From positions 19,186 to 83,185 of the forward strand of contig CBDUQR010000006.1 in assembly GCA_965369655.1 (NCBI GenBank): DNA of 64,000 nt, read 5' to 3'. The DNA is from an uncultured bacterium (GTDB lineage: Bacteria > Zixibacteria > MSB-5A5 > JAABVY01 > JAHJOQ01). Made by a program: the position numbers and the translations under genes. Below the pieces are notes generated by a model, which saw only the letters and a program-made list of their open reading frames with translations, searched no databases and was not told the DNA's origin. Positions 17,161 through 27,309 of this stretch are shown here, piece by piece. The first letter of the stretch is position 1, and each line of letters begins with the position of its first letter.

Positions 17161-19835
17161 CAGATACCTTTCGGAGCGGATACCTCCAGCGCCTCCAGCT
17201 TCGTGCGAGCCGGATCAAAGTCGGGCTTGAGCTTCAGCGCCTGATGATATCCGAGCTTTGCCGAATCATAGTTGCCCTGTCTATAATATATGTCGGCAAT
17301 TTTCGTGATTATCACGTATGAACCGGGATCGAGACTGATGCACAGTTCGTACATCTTCAGCGCAGATACGAAATGACCAGACTCTGACATGATATCACCG
17401 AGCAAGTGTGCGACATCAAAATCGTCTGGAGCAAGCTCCAGGTACGACGACAGCGCAGCGGCTGCCTTTTCGAACTGACCATTCTTTGCGAGACTTATCC
17501 CAAGATTCCTTTGTGCGAGCGCCATGTCCGGCGCTTCCCGAAGCGCATTCGAGTAGCACTTCTCCGCCAGCTCGAATTGACTGAGTTTGAAATACGAATT
17601 GCCGAGGTTATTCCAGACATCCGCATCCGCCCCGCCTGCGGCAGCGCATTTTTCGTATGCTGCAATAGCTTTATCAAATGCCCCTGTCGCATACCTGATG
17701 TCACCGATCACCCTGGCGGCATGGACGAAATCCGGAAATTGGCTTTCGAGCCTGTCGGAGACGATGCACGCCTCGCGCAGCCGATCCATATCGAAATACA
17801 GATTCGCCAGCGCTAAGATTATGTCTTTGTTGTCGGGCTCCATCGCATCGGCTGCCTTCAGGTGCGACTCCGAGGGAATAGCTTTACCGAGCATCCTGTA
17901 AGCTTCGCCAAGAAGATAATGCGCCGGCCATGCGTGCTCGTCATGATCGAGCTGGGTCTTTGCATGAGTTATGACCGATTCGAATTCTTTCCTGTTGAAA
18001 TACAACTGCGCGAGCCGGAGATGCGTATCAAGGTAGCCTTCTCGAATCTCGACCGTCTTCAGGTACCAGTCCATCGCTTCCTCAACCAGTCCGAGCTTCT
18101 CGCAGGAATGAGCTACGCCATAGAATGCGTTCTGCTCGCTCCTGTAATTGAGCAAAATGATCGAGTCGGTCTCGGAAGAATCCTCGAACTTCTCTCTCAC
18201 CTCGAGGTATTTAAGATACCATTTCCTGGCATCATCCCACTCCTGCATCTGCGAATGCACATAGCCGAGAGTGATGATCGGATCGAGATAGTCAGGCTTG
18301 TAATTCAGCGCAGTATGACAGTACTCCTTTGCCGTGTCAAACTGCTCTTTGTAGAAATACGCCGACGCCATCTGATGGAGCGCCATCATGTGCAGGTGAC
18401 CCCTGCTCGATGATGTCGGCTCGGTATTATCCAGCACCTTCTGAGCGTGGAATATGATCTTGTCGCAGACATCGACGTCCGGCCTCGGGTTCTCGCCCCT
18501 GTACAACTGCGCGAGGTTCATATTCGCGAATGGATCATTCGGATTCTCATCGAGCTGTTTGAGAAGCAATTCTTTCGATCGAGCTATCTTCTTCTTCATT
18601 TTCTCTGGAGACAGCCCATAACCATAGTGGTTGATCCTGACGCCGACACGAAGTACGATTTCGTTCTTTTCATCGAACTTCAACTGATTGTGAACGATCC
18701 CGTCGTAGTGCGCCCCTGTCGACCTGCGGAAGAATCGTATCGATGGGAGGAATGACGCAAACTGGCCGTCGTCGCTGTGGTTGAACACCGACACAGATAT
18801 CAAGTTGTTTCTCTTCTGCGCAAGTATGTCGTTCAGTTGCGGAATGTCCTCCTGGACAAGTTCCTCGTCGGCATCCAGAATAAATATCCATTCCTTAGTG
18901 GCGTAAGTAAGCGACTGGTTACGAGCTTTGGCGAAGTCATTCTCCCACTCGTGGAAATAGACTTTTGCGCCGAAAGACTCTGCAATCTCTACAGTCCTGT
19001 CAGTCGAACCGGTATCGACAACGATGATTTCGTCGACGACATCCCTGACACTCTGAAGCGCGCGAGCGAGTTGATCTTCCTCGTTCTTGACAATCATGCA
19101 GAGTGAAATCTCAGGTTTCGACGAGACTATCGCATCCCTGAGCATCTTCAGTTCGGGAATTCCAGGGCACTTGGGCATGCCACTATCCAGAAGCGAAATC
19201 GCGTCGTCGCGCTGGCCCATATGATCGGCCAGCTTCGCCAGATTGATCCAGGCGACCGCATAGTCGGACTTCAGATTGGCAGCTCGTTCAAAGAGATCGA
19301 CAGCTTCCTGAAGGCTTCCCTGTTCTCTAAGAGCCACGCCCATATTGTTGAGCACTTCGTGTGCCCGGTCGTACGTCCCCGCAAACGCAGCTTTATTAGC
19401 CTCTCCCGAAGGAATCTGACCGAGCACCTCGAGGTACTTCTGACCGTAGATGTCGACCAACGTGTAATCCTCGAGTCGATTGAACAAATAGACAAGCAGA
19501 TAATAGAAATCGAGCAGTGTATCATCGACAGCGAGCGCCTCGAGCGCCAACGTTTTCGCGCGGTCGAAATCATTCGAGTGAGCTGCGGCAAACCCCGATA
19601 TCCTCGAAGCATACAGGAAGGCCGTACTGTCCGTCTTCCTGACATCATCGAACAGCAGCGGCTCGACAAGTTCTATCGCCTCTGAATGCTCTCCCCTGTC
19701 GAGACGTGCCTGTGCTTTGTCGAGCAACTCGGCATATTCAGGATTGTGTTCTGGCTTGCTCTTTGTCCTGCTGTTGCGCGCTCCCTTTGCCGACGGTCTT
19801 TTCTTCGCAGCGCTTTTTCGCTTTTTCTTTGCCAT
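17160..19835 (-). CDS. TPR-GT2-TPR glycosyltransferase
   Basis: ISLCMIVKNEE...VDTGSTDRT...W.NDFAKARN...LDADE...HYGY, flanked by TPR repeats. Confidence 0.93.
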   Translation of the reverse strand: MAKKKRKSAAKKRPSAKGARNSRTKSKPEHNPEYAELLDKAQARLDRGEHSEAIELVEPLLFDDVRKTDSTAFLYASRISGFAAAHSNDFDRAKTLALEALAVDDTLLDFYYLLVYLFNRLEDYTLVDIYGQKYLEVLGQIPSGEANKAAFAGTYDRAHEVLNNMGVALREQGSLQEAVDLFERAANLKSDYAVAWINLAKLADHMGQRDDAISLLDSGMPKCPGIPELKMLRDAIVSSKPEISLCMIVKNEEDQLARALQSVRDVVDEIIVVDTGSTDRTVEIAESFGAKVYFHEWENDFAKARNQSLTYATKEWIFILDADEELVQEDIPQLNDILAQKRNNLISVSVFNHSDDGQFASFLPSIRFFRRSTGAHYDGIVHNQLKFDEKNEIVLRVGVRINHYGYGLSPEKMKKKIARSKELLLKQLDENPNDPFANMNLAQLYRGENPRPDVDVCDKIIFHAQKVLDNTEPTSSSRGHLHMMALHQMASAYFYKEQFDTAKEYCHTALNYKPDYLDPIITLGYVHSQMQEWDDARKWYLKYLEVREKFEDSSETDSIILLNYRSEQNAFYGVAHSCEKLGLVEEAMDWYLKTVEIREGYLDTHLRLAQLYFNRKEFESVITHAKTQLDHDEHAWPAHYLLGEAYRMLGKAIPSESHLKAADAMEPDNKDIILALANLYFDMDRLREACIVSDRLESQFPDFVHAARVIGDIRYATGAFDKAIAAYEKCAAAGGADADVWNNLGNSYFKLSQFELAEKCYSNALREAPDMALAQRNLGISLAKNGQFEKAAAALSSYLELAPDDFDVAHLLGDIMSESGHFVSALKMYELCISLDPGSYVIITKIADIYYRQGNYDSAKLGYHQALKLKPDFDPARTKLEALEVSAPKGI

Positions 19836-19850
19836 GCAATTCTCTTTTCA

Positions 19851-20828
19851 TCAACCTGCAGCTACCGGCGCCTGCGGAATATGGTGAGGGTTCATATACG
19901 CGGGACGCGATGATCCGATACCGTATACCTGCTTCATCCACTCGATCGTCCTTGGAATTCCGACCTCGAGCGGCATATTCGGATCATGCCCAAACTGCAT
20001 CTTCGCCCTTGAGATATCAGGCTTTTTGTTCATCACATTGTGCTTGTCTTCCGGCAGGAATGTCACGAGATTCTCTGAAGCGCCTGCGTATCGCAAGACG
20101 AGGTCCGAGAGATCTTTCACACTGCGAAACTCCTGACCGCCGATATTGTATACCTCACCCGCTTTGAAATTCTCACAGACCGCTGAGAGTGTTGGGATAA
20201 AATCATCGATGTACATGAATACGCGATGATAACCCAGATATACCTGGTATGGCATGTTGTGCAGCGCCCTGTAGCAGAACAGGCAGACAACAGACCGATA
20301 GTGATGATAGTATTCGCCGGGACCGTAGGCATTGAAGAATCTCAGCCGCACGACCGGCACCTCGTGACGACGCTCGAAATTCATAATCTGAATCTCGTTC
20401 ACCCACTTGGTGGTCGCATAGTCGTTGTGCTGGATAATCGACTGATTCAGCGGGATATCCTCCCTGAGCACGTCCTCGTGCTTGTCGCCGTAGATTTCCG
20501 ATGACGACGCGAATATCAGCTTGAAGCCTTTTTTCTTTTGCCACTCGAGGATATTCCTCGTGCCGATCACGTTGGATTCCCAAAGAGTATCGTAGTACTC
20601 TTCGCCGTTGATCCGCCCGAACTCCGCGGCGAGATGATAGACGTAATCATAGTTTTGCTCGAACACTCTTTCGAGCTGGCGGTAATTGGCGACATCCGCC
20701 CTGAAATAGTTGTCATCCGCCTGGTGTTGAAGATCGCACGACCAGACTTCATGCCCGCGCCTGATCAGATCCGCGACGAGCGGCTGGCCGAGTGTGCCTT
20801 TGCTTCCGGTTACGAGTATCTTTGCCAT
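19851..20828 (-). CDS. NAD-dependent nucleotide-sugar epimerase/dehydratase
   Basis: ILVTGSKGTLG, HLAA, ASSSEIYG, YATTK (YxxxK) and RFFNAYGP motifs. Confidence 0.92.
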   Translation of the reverse strand: MAKILVTGSKGTLGQPLVADLIRRGHEVWSCDLQHQADDNYFRADVANYRQLERVFEQNYDYVYHLAAEFGRINGEEYYDTLWESNVIGTRNILEWQKKKGFKLIFASSSEIYGDKHEDVLREDIPLNQSIIQHNDYATTKWVNEIQIMNFERRHEVPVVRLRFFNAYGPGEYYHHYRSVVCLFCYRALHNMPYQVYLGYHRVFMYIDDFIPTLSAVCENFKAGEVYNIGGQEFRSVKDLSDLVLRYAGASENLVTFLPEDKHNVMNKKPDISRAKMQFGHDPNMPLEVGIPRTIEWMKQVYGIGSSRPAYMNPHHIPQAPVAAG

Positions 20829-20846
20829 TCTCTATCTCCTCTCAGT

Positions 20847-21641
20847 CTACACTGATATTGTTTTCGCTTCAGCTTGCTGTTCTATCCGAAGCCGTTCAAG
20901 AATTTTCTGTCTGATTGTATCGAGATCAGGATGCTGCTCTTTCTCCGGCCTGTTCTGATCTTCGAACCAGTCGTAGTCGACTTCGGCGAGTTCAACGTCA
21001 TCCATCGCTGCGAGGTAATTGCCATCGGGATGCAGGCGCATGTAATTCGCTATCTTGCCGTACAGCATATCTTCCGATGACGAACTGTAGTGCAACAGAT
21101 TGAGATTGATTTTCGTCGGATTGTCCATCTGCGGCGGCCACAGTCTCTTGTGCAACCCGGGGGTAATCTCGATCTTCATTTCGCCGGTGTTGCGCCAGAT
21201 TCTCGGAGGACTGATCTGACCAAGCCCTTTGTCGACCCTGTACCAGCACGGCGCAAGCCAGAGGTGCAGCCAGTTGAAACAGAGCGAATTCAATTCTTTC
21301 GATCCGGCCCAGTCGAGCATGTTCCTGAAGAAACCCTTCCGAAAGACTCTCCTGTCGAACAGTTCGTCAGCGTCGAACGATACAATCCAGTCCGGATTGT
21401 GCTTCACTACTTCGTCGAGCAGGATCGCTTTGTTCATCGTCTCGAAATTCTTCTCCCAGTTATTCTCTTTGTTGACGATCACATGATCGGTGTACTCCCT
21501 GATAATATCGATCGAGCCATCGGTCGATGCATCGTCGAGTACCACGATTTCATCGCAGAGCCGCGAATAGTGATCGAGGCATCTCCTGAGATTGCCCAGC
21601 TTCAACTCGTTGAACATCTGCGCCATGCCGACGATTTTCAT
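20847..21641 (-). CDS. GT2 family glycosyltransferase
   Basis: VVLDDASTDGS, SFDADE and LLHY motifs. Confidence 0.85.
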   Translation of the reverse strand: MKIVGMAQMFNELKLGNLRRCLDHYSRLCDEIVVLDDASTDGSIDIIREYTDHVIVNKENNWEKNFETMNKAILLDEVVKHNPDWIVSFDADELFDRRVFRKGFFRNMLDWAGSKELNSLCFNWLHLWLAPCWYRVDKGLGQISPPRIWRNTGEMKIEITPGLHKRLWPPQMDNPTKINLNLLHYSSSSEDMLYGKIANYMRLHPDGNYLAAMDDVELAEVDYDWFEDQNRPEKEQHPDLDTIRQKILERLRIEQQAEAKTISV

Positions 21642-21642
21642 C

Positions 21643-21906
21643 TCACACCTCTGCCGTTTCAGGCTGATGGTATATCTTTACTTTTGGATCGGTAACCCTG
21701 ACCCTGCCGGCGATCGCGTCGGCAAGAAACTGATCGATTTCGTCGATTAGATCATTCCTCTGCTGATTGACCACGCTGACCTTGTCTGCGGCGTCGAGAC
21801 GCTGCGAATCGGGCAGCGACATATCGCGTCTGATATCTTCGAGATGCCAGAGCCGCAGATTCTTGATTGTCAGCTTGTCAATAAGGCTGCCCAATGTTTC
21901 AGCCAT
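21643..21906 (-). CDS. Small DUF4254-like helical protein
   Basis: ETLGSLIDKLTI...LWHLED..R...NQQRNDLIDEID. Confidence 0.7.
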   Translation of the reverse strand: MAETLGSLIDKLTIKNLRLWHLEDIRRDMSLPDSQRLDAADKVSVVNQQRNDLIDEIDQFLADAIAGRVRVTDPKVKIYHQPETAEV

Positions 21907-21921
21907 CTCCCCTCCTGCGAA

Positions 21922-23766
21922 TCAACTCAACTCCATATCAAATTGCATCTGTTTGTCCGCAATTCTGTCAGCGCTCTGCAGTATCACCGACCCGGTGTTC
22001 TCGCCCATCCAGAGGCCGTTCCTGAGTCTCGGTTTGAAATCATAGATGCAAATGCCTCTCTCCTGCTTCAGTCCGCACGATTCACATACCGAACGACCCT
22101 GCGGCACGAACCATTCCATGCCAGGCGCTTTAGGATTGTCTATCCTGCGAATTACTTCTTCAGCGACAGCTTCCGGTTCGACATCGTGAGAGAGGCGCAT
22201 GCGTCTCTTGATAACTTTCCTGTCCCAGTAGTGGTTGAAATTCCACTCGAATATCCCGCCGCCAGCATTCGGTTTGACAAAACTGATGACCTCGCCCGTA
22301 GTCTTCTCCGAGCAGAGATATGTGAACCTCGCCTGCGGCAACACGCACTTGTCGGGTATGCCCGCCCATACGGGAGACTCATCTTCTTCGCAAGTGTGGA
22401 TCACAATCTGCGGAGTCTCGACAAGCGGCGCAATCATGGCCGACACGGCGGTCGATGTCGAGATCAACAGATCAGCCTTCGAGAACAGCAGCACCTCGTC
22501 GTATGCGGCAATGCGTCCCAGATCGGTCACGTTTTTTCCACTCACGAGCTGATCCGGCTGCTCCTGAAAGCCATAAAACGTGAAGAAGTGAAGGTCATCT
22601 CTCTCAGTGTTGAGAATGTCCACAACCTTCTGATACTTCTCGATATCCCATCCCGAAATCTCCCACGGAATCGACATGTTTGGTCTGCGGGTCGGGATGA
22701 ACATCATGATCTTCTTGTGGCCTTCAGCCTTCGACAGAATTCTGTCAGTCTTTCTAATATCACTTTCCGTGTAATTGAAACGCAAACTCACGCCTTGCTC
22801 GCGCACGCGGTCCCATCCGTCCGGGCCGTCGAAACCATCGATGAACTTGCCCGGTTTCCATTTCTCATCGACATCGAATGCGCCTCGCAGGATGATATCG
22901 TACTTGTGATCGTTGAGCGGAACAGATGGATTCTCGACCGTCTTCTCGGTCACTTCGTCGACTGTCTCCGCAATCTCGAATAACGGTTTCTCGACATTGC
23001 CTGCGGCATAGGCGATATAAGCGCCGGGATACTTAGCCTTGAATATCGCGGTCAGCGGATACGACAGCAGCGAGTCGCCAAATACGCGCGCGGTCGACTC
23101 GACCAATATCCTCGGCGGACGCTCCGCAGTAGGTCGTGTTCCGCCCCCAAGGCACGAGGGGGAGAAACGCGACACATCTGTCTTGCTGTCTGGGAGTCGG
23201 GTTTTCGGTCGCTGATCCCGATCCCGAGGGACTGGCAGGCTTCGCCTGCTGTGGAACACCGACCTACTGGAGTGTGCAGACTTGACATTGTACGCCCGCA
23301 CGCAGAGATTCTGCGCATGGATGTCATGCAACGGCTCAACCCGGTCGAATCCAGCCTTCAGGAGAAATTCAGACAGAAGCCACCAATCGTATGCGAAGTA
23401 ATGATAATTCCCCGGATAATTCTGCTCACCGTACAACCACCCGATCAAGTGGTACTTTCTCTCCGGGTTCTTGTCGATATCGGGAAGCTGCAAATACTGT
23501 TCGGCGATATACAAAAGATTTGGACACCAGATAGTGATGGGCGCACCCGGTTTCAGCACGCGTCGCCACTCACGAATGACATCCATAGCCTGATCTCGCG
23601 TGAAGTGCTCTATGACGTGGCGCGCGGCAAGCTCATCCACAGAGGCATCGCCAAATGGCAGACTGCGCACATCGGCGACATATTTAACGCCGGGAAGCGG
23701 ACGAGCATCCAGCCCGTCGAATCCCTCTATCTTGTTGTCACCGCATCCGAGATCGATTCTCAACAT
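21922..23766 (-). CDS. SAM methyltransferase plus GT9-like glycosyltransferase fusion, with a REP-derived linker
   Basis: N-terminal IDLGCG...LPF.D.SVD...HVIEH...RVLKPG. C-terminal RILV...FGDSLLSYPL...KAKYP.A.I and ADLLISTSTA. Codons 167-213 are the REP element. Confidence 0.85.
   Translation of the reverse strand: MLRIDLGCGDNKIEGFDGLDARPLPGVKYVADVRSLPFGDASVDELAARHVIEHFTRDQAMDVIREWRRVLKPGAPITIWCPNLLYIAEQYLQLPDIDKNPERKYHLIGWLYGEQNYPGNYHYFAYDWWLLSEFLLKAGFDRVEPLHDIHAQNLCVRAYNVKSAHSSRSVFHSRRSLPVPRDRDQRPKTRLPDSKTDVSRFSPSCLGGGTRPTAERPPRILVESTARVFGDSLLSYPLTAIFKAKYPGAYIAYAAGNVEKPLFEIAETVDEVTEKTVENPSVPLNDHKYDIILRGAFDVDEKWKPGKFIDGFDGPDGWDRVREQGVSLRFNYTESDIRKTDRILSKAEGHKKIMMFIPTRRPNMSIPWEISGWDIEKYQKVVDILNTERDDLHFFTFYGFQEQPDQLVSGKNVTDLGRIAAYDEVLLFSKADLLISTSTAVSAMIAPLVETPQIVIHTCEEDESPVWAGIPDKCVLPQARFTYLCSEKTTGEVISFVKPNAGGGIFEWNFNHYWDRKVIKRRMRLSHDVEPEAVAEEVIRRIDNPKAPGMEWFVPQGRSVCESCGLKQERGICIYDFKPRLRNGLWMGENTGSVILQSADRIADKQMQFDMELS
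23129..23267. repeat. GTAG-type REP doublet (REPIN-like), copy 2, inside a CDS
   Basis: Ends GTAGGTCGTGTTCC...GGAACACCGACCTAC; aligns end to end with 14929-15068. Confidence 0.9.
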
Positions 23767-23772
23767 GGCATC

Positions 23773-26700
23773 CTACACGTTTTCAAGAAAATTCGTTAAA
23801 TGGTAGATCAGATCCTTCTCATTCCACCACTCGCGGAACCAGTCATAAGTTCGCTTCTGTTCGGCTTCGAGCCGCTTCGGATTCGCGACGAAATCTCTGA
23901 TGATCTCATAGACTTCTTGTTCCGTCGAAGGCGTATACCATGGCAGCTCATTGGTTCCGATTGAATTAGCGATGCACTTCCTGCCGAACTCGTCGAGATG
24001 CACGATATTGATCATGCCGAGCGCAGAGTTCTCGACAGACGACAGGCAGTAATAACCATCCCCGATCTGGAGTTGATCGAATGCGATGCTACCCTCTCTC
24101 TTCAGAGCAATCGCTTCGGCGAATCCCATATTCTCACACAATTTGAATTCAACATTTGGAAATTCTGAACTGATTCGCCTGCCAAGTGACTCATAGATGT
24201 CAGTATTCTTGAGCGGTCTGTCGGTCGGCGAATGGATCACCGTAATATTGTCACCGACTTTGATATCGCGATTATATCTCGGGTTTTCGAGATCGATCAG
24301 TATCGGAGTATACACCGAGCCGGGCATGTTGCGATGGATGTCGGGCTGACACGTGATAATCGGCCAGCCTTTCTGACGGTACAGATCAAGATACCACTGG
24401 TAGTTTCGCCTGATCGATGTCGAACCGTAGAAGAACACTGCGCACTTCTTATCCTGCGTGTACTGTTTCCAGTTGATTTCGCCGAACGGAACATCATCGG
24501 TATCGAAATAACGCGAATCAAACTGCGACACACCGGGCGCTACCGCAGCCGAGAACAGCAGCACATCAGCTTCCTCGGCAACCTGTTTCGCCTCGCTGAA
24601 ATCGGAGAGAGTCTGCTCGCCGCCCCATAATGTTTTCTTCAACACGATGTCGGAATCAAAACCGCGCGATTCCATGTGCGTGATGATTCTCATTTCATGC
24701 GGAGTGTAGCGTTCGACTGCCTTTTTGAACATTGCGGAAATTCCGCCCGGGTCAATCACGCCGATCCATGCAATCTTCAGCCCCTTTTTTGTGGCTGGTC
24801 GATTTGCAAACGGCTTACGCGACTGATTCAGATTCTCGTTGTCTTTGTATTCCTTCTGCCATGTCTTCATGTAGCCGCGATATGTCTCCCAGTGCTTTCT
24901 TGTGTCTATCTGGCCCGCAACGTTGTCGTCGTGGAGACGGTAATAGAGCAACGGCTCATTCATAAACCTGATCTTGTAGAAATGCGCGATCTTGTGCCAC
25001 ATCGCGCCATCGGCTGTGTAGCCGCGCCGACCGCCGAGACCCTCATCGAACCAGCCGACCTTGTCGATACATTCTCGCTTGAACATCACAGAGCAGCCGT
25101 TTATCGGATTGCGTTCAAAAAGCCCCTCAATCTCCCTGTCCTCTTCGAGCGGCTGCACATTCGCCTGCTCACCCCTGATGGAGTTGCGGTCGATGTAATG
25201 AAAATCCGAGTAGACCATCGCGATGTCCGGGTTCTTGTGCAAAAACTCAATCTGCTTCTCGATTTTCTCAGGCATGTAAACATCGTCGGATGAAAGCCAC
25301 GATATGAAATCGCCCGATGACGCCCTAATGCATGAATTGAGCGCCGCGGAAACGCCCCGGTTGCGATGATGCGACAGAACTGTGATCATTTCTTTGTACT
25401 TGTCGAGAATGGTCTGCGTATTGTCGGTCGAGCAGTCGTCGCAGACGATTATCTCGCAGTTGTCATAGGTCTGCTTCAGTGCCGACTCGATCGCTTCTTC
25501 GAGATACTCAGCCCTGTTGAATGTCGGTATGACGATCGACACCTTACCGTAGTCGACATTGCTCTTCTCGACATGATCGGGAATAAGCTTCGCTCGTTTG
25601 ATCGGAGCCTGAGCGTTTTGTGTCTGCGGTACTATCCTCAGCGATCCTATCATGCTGTTGAATTCGTCGATCTGTCTTTCCATCGAGAATCTCTTCTCGA
25701 TGTAGCTCCTGTTGTCCATTGCGAGCTTCGGTCGGTCGGATGCGAGCAGCCGAGTAACCAGCCGTGCGCACTCGTCAGGCGTGTCGAACAGGTACTCTCC
25801 CGGATAGATATTCTCGGACCCGGGCCAGGCATGAACAAGTGGGAGGACTCCCGAGGCCATCCCCTCGGCTATCGAGTAATGGAACGACTCGAACAGAGAT
25901 GTCGAGATCACGAAATCTTTATCACGCAGATACGCGGGGACATCATCGACCCAGTTCTGAAAATGGACCGGGATGTTCAGGCGTTCGAGCATGTGATCGA
26001 AATAGACTTTGATCCTCGGGTCCTGATGTTCTCCCGCGATGAAGAATTCGAACTCGGGATCAACATCATGGATCGCCTTGAAACAGTGCAACAACAGCGC
26101 GGGGTTCTTCTTGTAATTTATGTATCCGAGCGAACAGACTCTCTTGCCGTATGTTTTGTTTTCGGGAATCGTGAACTTGCCGGTGTCGACTCCGTTATGG
26201 ATGATCGTCTTCTCGGCGGGTATACTGTGATACGTGCTGAGCACATCAGCGACATTCTGGTTCACCAGTATCAGCCTGTCGACTTTGCTCCAGTCAACAT
26301 GTGCCGGCATCTCGGTGAACGCCTCATAGGAATGCAGCCTGCAGATAATCCTGCATGTTTTCGGAAGTTTTGTGGCCTCGATAATCAACTGATCGCACCA
26401 TTCGAACCATGCCAGGTCCGCCCAGCGCATCAGTTCAGCTATCTCCTCCGTTGTCTTCCCCGCGAACTTCCTGATTTCGTTGTGCGCGGAGAGATGTCTG
26501 AGGATACCGCTCGCAAATGATTCCTGCGTGCTGAAGAATGCAATCTTCAGATTGCGAGTGATGTAGTCCGGAGACGTTACCGCATCACCGGTCGGCCGAT
26601 CGCCAGTTTTCCCACTCGAAATGGCATCGTGGAACAAGTCTCTCCACTTCGCGATTCTCGGACTCTCCGGCACGAGATCGAGGAATTCTTCTGCCGACTT

Positions 26701-27228
26701 CAGACCGTTCTCGAACCGCTGCTGTTCGAGACAGAACTCGCAATAGTTTTCTAATGCCTTCTCGAAGAACGGGTTTTTCTCAAGCGCCGCCCTGAATGCC
26801 TTTTCTGCATCATCGGGCTTCTTTGCATGGGCGAGAATGACTGCAAGGTCGTTGTACCCTTCGGCTTCATCCGGAGAGAGTTCGACAACCCTGGTAAAAG
26901 CCGCCTCGGCCTGGGATAATCTTTCGAGCGTTGCGTTTATCAATCCGATGTTGTGAAATACGTTCCTGTCGTTCGGACAGATTCCAGCCGCTTTCTCCAG
27001 ATGCTCAAGCGCCTCCTCGAACTTCTCCAGCTTCACCGCCAGCGCACCGGCGGTCGTGAGGACATCGACAGCCTCAGGCAACTTCCTGGCAAGAATTGAA
27101 AGGTAGCCGTACGCATCCTGGAAATGCTTCGCCTTGATGTAGATATCTGCGAGATCTAAGTAGCTCTGGTAATCCTCAGGAGATTCGGCAATCCTTGCCT
27201 TCAGGTCGGCAGTCTTCTCCGCGTCCAT
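23773..27228 (-). CDS. Multidomain glycosyltransferase: TPR + GT4 + GT2 + C-terminal GT-B-like domain
   Basis: TPR repeats; IHNGVD...STSLFESFHYSIAEGMASG (GT4); VSIVIPTFNRA...DDCSTD...WLSSDD (GT2); IHSPTDR.LKNT...DQL...SSVE (GT-B-like). Confidence 0.9.
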   Translation of the reverse strand: MDAEKTADLKARIAESPEDYQSYLDLADIYIKAKHFQDAYGYLSILARKLPEAVDVLTTAGALAVKLEKFEEALEHLEKAAGICPNDRNVFHNIGLINATLERLSQAEAAFTRVVELSPDEAEGYNDLAVILAHAKKPDDAEKAFRAALEKNPFFEKALENYCEFCLEQQRFENGLKSAEEFLDLVPESPRIAKWRDLFHDAISSGKTGDRPTGDAVTSPDYITRNLKIAFFSTQESFASGILRHLSAHNEIRKFAGKTTEEIAELMRWADLAWFEWCDQLIIEATKLPKTCRIICRLHSYEAFTEMPAHVDWSKVDRLILVNQNVADVLSTYHSIPAEKTIIHNGVDTGKFTIPENKTYGKRVCSLGYINYKKNPALLLHCFKAIHDVDPEFEFFIAGEHQDPRIKVYFDHMLERLNIPVHFQNWVDDVPAYLRDKDFVISTSLFESFHYSIAEGMASGVLPLVHAWPGSENIYPGEYLFDTPDECARLVTRLLASDRPKLAMDNRSYIEKRFSMERQIDEFNSMIGSLRIVPQTQNAQAPIKRAKLIPDHVEKSNVDYGKVSIVIPTFNRAEYLEEAIESALKQTYDNCEIIVCDDCSTDNTQTILDKYKEMITVLSHHRNRGVSAALNSCIRASSGDFISWLSSDDVYMPEKIEKQIEFLHKNPDIAMVYSDFHYIDRNSIRGEQANVQPLEEDREIEGLFERNPINGCSVMFKRECIDKVGWFDEGLGGRRGYTADGAMWHKIAHFYKIRFMNEPLLYYRLHDDNVAGQIDTRKHWETYRGYMKTWQKEYKDNENLNQSRKPFANRPATKKGLKIAWIGVIDPGGISAMFKKAVERYTPHEMRIITHMESRGFDSDIVLKKTLWGGEQTLSDFSEAKQVAEEADVLLFSAAVAPGVSQFDSRYFDTDDVPFGEINWKQYTQDKKCAVFFYGSTSIRRNYQWYLDLYRQKGWPIITCQPDIHRNMPGSVYTPILIDLENPRYNRDIKVGDNITVIHSPTDRPLKNTDIYESLGRRISSEFPNVEFKLCENMGFAEAIALKREGSIAFDQLQIGDGYYCLSSVENSALGMINIVHLDEFGRKCIANSIGTNELPWYTPSTEQEVYEIIRDFVANPKRLEAEQKRTYDWFREWWNEKDLIYHLTNFLENV

Positions 27229-27309
27229 GAAAGACCTTCTTCCTATTTGAATACATCGATATCAATCCAGCATCGGTTAGGGCTGCGATTCCTATTCCGG
27301 CAGCCTGCA

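Noticed and set aside
21844-26520. Long plus-strand ORFs (379 aa, 384 aa; similarly 40103-41167)
   Set aside because: Antisense shadows of well-supported minus-strand genes, with no recognisable motifs.
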